The position numbers and the translations under genes are program-made. A stretch of DNA of 64,000 bases from Mobula hypostoma (taxonomy: Eukaryota): positions 219,606,001 to 219,670,000 of the forward strand of contig NC_086097.1 of the NCBI RefSeq assembly GCF_963921235.1, read 5' to 3'. The notes under the pieces are model-generated. The model worked only from the letters and a program-made list of their open reading frames with translations. It ran no database searches and was not told the DNA's origin. Positions 60,611 to 64,000 of this stretch are shown here, piece after piece. Each line of letters starts with the position of its first letter. Positions within the stretch are counted from its first letter, which is position 1.

Positions 60611-60745
60611 TACAATGCATGGAAAAAGTATTCAGCACCAAACATTTTGTTCACATAAATAAGTATTACAACCAGTGGTTTTGATCAACTGAGAATTTTT
60701 ATTTGTGAATCACATGCTCCCTTTTCGCAGTAGAGCCCCAAAACA
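60611..60745 (+). mobile_element. Tc1-like terminal fragment
   Basis: TA followed by caatgcatggaaaaagtattcagcacc resembles Tc1 TIRs (CAGTG...AAAAGTATTC); no partner TIR seen. Confidence 0.5.
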
Positions 60746-61164
60746 GGTCTTATGTTCTAATGGCAGAGAATGGCAAGAGAGCAGTTTTGTGAATTTGTAA
60801 GTATTTGTGAATCTTGTCTTATAAATATTTCCAGTCATTCCAAGTTTATTCCTTGATAATACAACAGAATAAGCTTTCAATCGGTGTAAAATTCCTCTTT
60901 GCTTTCAGACATCATAAAACATCTGGTATACATTCCTGTAGCACTTCATGAAACATAAAGGCAACAACCTGCACTGTCTGAGTACGGATAGAATCTCAGT
61001 CATTGACAGTACAGAGGTTGGGCTCGCGACCATGCAGGCCAAAAATGGAACTATTTTGGTGACCTGTACTTCCTAGCTCTTAGTCTATAGCTTTGTAGGC
61101 TACAATATTTCAAATGCTCATCCAAGTGTTAATGTTTCTTCCTCTCCCCCGCCCCCTTTGTTTG

Positions 61165-62365
61165 GTTTATTTGATTAGCTTATTATTGTTCACAGACGTA
61201 CCAAGATATGATGAAAAGCTTGTCTTGCATTATGTGTGGTTCGTCCATCGTCGTCGATGAAGACCTCGACACCATTAGTCATTTTGAGACTGGGTGCGGT
61301 GTGTCCGAAGATGACTGGTCAGGCCAATTCGGGCACGGAAGTCCTGGCACATGTTGGGCAGACATGTGTAGGCACTGCAGTTGTTGCGCTGGTGGCTCTG
61401 GACTTGCGCAGCTCGTGTTTATGTTGTGCTTCAGCAATGCGCCTTGCTTTGTAAGCTTGACAGCCTTTGTGGATGAGGCCGTGCCAGGTAGGGCGGTTTT
61501 GTGCCAGCATTTCCCAAGAGGTCGTGTCTATGTCAAATGACTTCAGGGAGGCCTTTAGTGTGTCTTTGTAACGTTTCTTCTGCCCTCCATGCGAGCCTCT
61601 TCCAGCAGAGAATTTCCCAAAAAGGAGCTGCTTGGGTATGCGCTCGTCCGGCATGCAGATGACATGACCTGCCCACCAGGTCTGTGCTCTCATCAGCAGT
61701 GTGCGGTCTGATGGTGGACTTGCTCTGGAGAGAACTTCAGTGTCTGGTACTTTACCTTGCCATCTGATGCCTGATATTCTGCGAAGACAAGTCATGTGGG
61801 AATGGTTGAGTTGTCTTGCATGCCTTCGATACACAGTCCACGTTTCACAGGCATACAGGAGGGTAGTGAGTCTACTTTCTGTAGACCTTCAGTTTTGTTG
61901 CTGGGCTGATTCCTCGACGTTCCCATACACTGGAGCGCAGTCTACCGAAAGCAGAACTTGCTTTTGCTATTCTGCAGTTAACTTCTGTATCAATAGTCAC
62001 ATTATGTACATACAGAACAGCACAGTGCATTGAGATGGTCAAGATCAAACAATAACAAATGCAGAATACTTGTTAGAGCTACAGGGAAAGTGCAATGTAG
62101 GTGGTTGATATGGTGCAAGGCTATGATGAGATAGATTAGGAGGTCAAGTCTGTCTCACTGAACTAGGGAACCACTCTATAACCTTATAACAGCAGGGCAG
62201 GAGCTGTTTTTGAGTCTGGTGATATATGCTCTCAGGCTTTTGGTATTTTCCGCCCAGTGTGAGAGAAAAGAATTGAGAATATCCAATGTGGGTGGGGTCT
62301 TTGATTACTGAGGCAGTGAGAGGTATAGACAGTCCATACAGGGGAGGTTGGTTTCAGTGACATGA
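61165..62365 (-). mobile_element. Rex1-type 3' fragment split by an RTE
   Basis: Homologous to 48590-48850 and 49416-49580 (actagggaacca...cttataacag). Confidence 0.7.
61236..61999 (-). mobile_element. RTE-clade LINE, 5'-truncated, with an 8-bp TSD
   Basis: YRRHARQLNHSHMTCLRRI...WAGHVICMPDERIPKQLLFG...GGQKKRYKDTLKASLK...CPTC; CATTATGT at 61228-61235 and 62000-62007. Confidence 0.93.
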
Positions 62366-62954
62366 AAGACAGTGAACTCCAGGTCCCCTATGTGAAAAGT
62401 ACCATCAACACTCTCTCATTCTTCCACCTAATGACTTAAACCCATGTCACCTGATCATTGTTCTGCCTGTTTCAGAGAAAATAGGTGGTTCCTGTTTAAC
62501 CTTCTCTAATTATGCAAATATAAATAAAGTCACTTCTTTGTCTCTTTTGTTTTAAAGATGATGACTCAACCTTAGCTATTTTGTCCTTGCACTGTAAGCC
62601 CCTGGCAATATTTTGTGGATTTTGCAAACCTCTGTGGTTCTGCCGCACCCTTGCTATGATGCGGTGATGAGGATGGTATACAGAAGTCTGTCTAGTTGCA
62701 GCCTGAACAGTTTTTCAAGCAGTCCTGCTGGGTCCTCCCCATTCTTACTTTAGCCGTACAGCACCCCAGAAGGCTGCATGAGTGGCAATAGCCCTAATTA
62801 GTTTTAAGGAATATAATGGAACATTACGTGTAGCGTTGACTATGAATGTAAGAATAAAAAGCATTGTATGGTTTATTTTTGTAGTTTTTTTAATGAATAA
62901 AGTTTATTTTGATAAAAATATTAGTGCCTCAGCGTGGCAATTTTCTCGCACATC

Positions 62955-63195
62955 CATAAGTCATAGGAGCAGAATTGGGCCATTTGGCCCATCATGTCTG
63001 GTCTGCCATTCTACCATGGTTGATTTATTATCCCTCTCAACCCCATTCACCTGCCTTCTCTCCATAACCTTTGTACCCTTACTAATCACGAACCAATCAA
63101 GCTCTGTTTTACATGTACCCAATGACTTGGCCTTCACAGCCGCCTTTGTCAATAAGTTCCAAAGATTCACCACTCTTTGGTTAAAGAAATACCTT
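62955..63195 (-). mobile_element. CR1 3' end
   Basis: VNLWNLLTKAAVKAKSLG...; cataagtcataggagcagaattgggcc tail. Confidence 0.85.
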
Positions 63196-63469
63196 AACTA
63201 CTCACCCTGTTAGCCTCAGGGATTTGTGGAAAGGCACTCCATCAACCCACTATTGCTCAGTGTCTCTTATTATCCAGTTCTTTACTTAGTATCATTTGCC
63301 CTTTTCCTGAATAACCTTCTCTGAATACTTTGCATTTATTCAGAATGAAATCTATTTGCCAGTCTGCAACCACCTGACGTATCCATTGTTCCCTTAAAGC
63401 TGCTTGGAACTTTCTTCCTTCATATGAATTTAATATATCTTATCCAAATAAACATCAGTAACTGACGCA

Positions 63470-63830
63470 GGTAAATCCATTTTGTACATTGCTCCTGATT
63501 TGTCATTCAATAAGATCATGGCTGAGTTTTTACCTCATCACCAGCATCCTGCACTAACCCAAATCCCATGAATTCGTTAATATCCAATAATCTATCTGGG
63601 TTTGTGCTGAACGGCTCAGTGGCTTGTTTAGAGAATTCCAATGATTTATCCGCTGCTGGATAAAGAAATACCTCAATCCTGAATGACTAACCTTTTACTT
63701 TGAGACCGTGACTCCCAGGTTTAGATATTACATCAGAGGAAAGCACAATTCCAGAATTTGCCCTTTCAAGCTCCATGAGAATTTACATTTCAATGAGATC
63801 ACCTCAACACTCTTCAACACTTGAGAGTAT
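63470..63830 (-). mobile_element. Degraded CR1 3' end
   Basis: cattcaataagatcatggctga...tttcaatgagatcacctc. Confidence 0.65.
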
Positions 63831-64000
63831 AAACATAGTCAGTCTGGGACTTACTTCTCACCCCATGATCCTAGCTTTCTTTATACTTCGTGTATTGCAA
63901 CTGTATTGTTCTTTAGCTTGGAGGACTGATACCTGCAAGCATTTTTCTAGGAGCAGTCTCAGCCCAGATTCTTATGCTCTGTCTTGTTAACCAATCTTCA

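Overview
Repeat-dense vertebrate genomic DNA, most likely intronic or intergenic. The repeat inventory (CR1, Rex1/Babar, L2, V-SINE/HE1-like and Deu-type SINEs, Penelope-like elements) points to a cartilaginous fish, probably a ray; this is inferred from recalled repeat families, not a search. I recognised no host protein-coding exon, tRNA, rRNA or CRISPR array, and every ORF I could assign to a protein family is transposon-derived. The best-supported features are a hAT element with TIRs, an 8-bp TSD and a transposase C-terminus (58604-59754), two solo LTRs with TSDs, an RTE LINE with an 8-bp TSD, a Tigger-like MITE, many nested CR1/Rex1 insertions, and at least seven Penelope-derived 3' modules carrying minimal hammerhead-ribozyme motifs (one intact, at 30118-30153). 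The most interesting signals are: ribozyme modules whose 5' ends cluster at the ribozyme; a nested inverted-repeat domain at 29.9-34.1 kb; two bipartite RTE-derived SINE-like families; an unexplained exact 23-bp direct repeat; an inverted flank duplication at a LINE junction; a GATA/KLF-rich candidate promoter or enhancer at 20.2-21.6 kb; and a 15-nt perfect complement to miR-205. None of these amounts to a demonstrably new biological system. Boundaries of degraded repeats are approximate.
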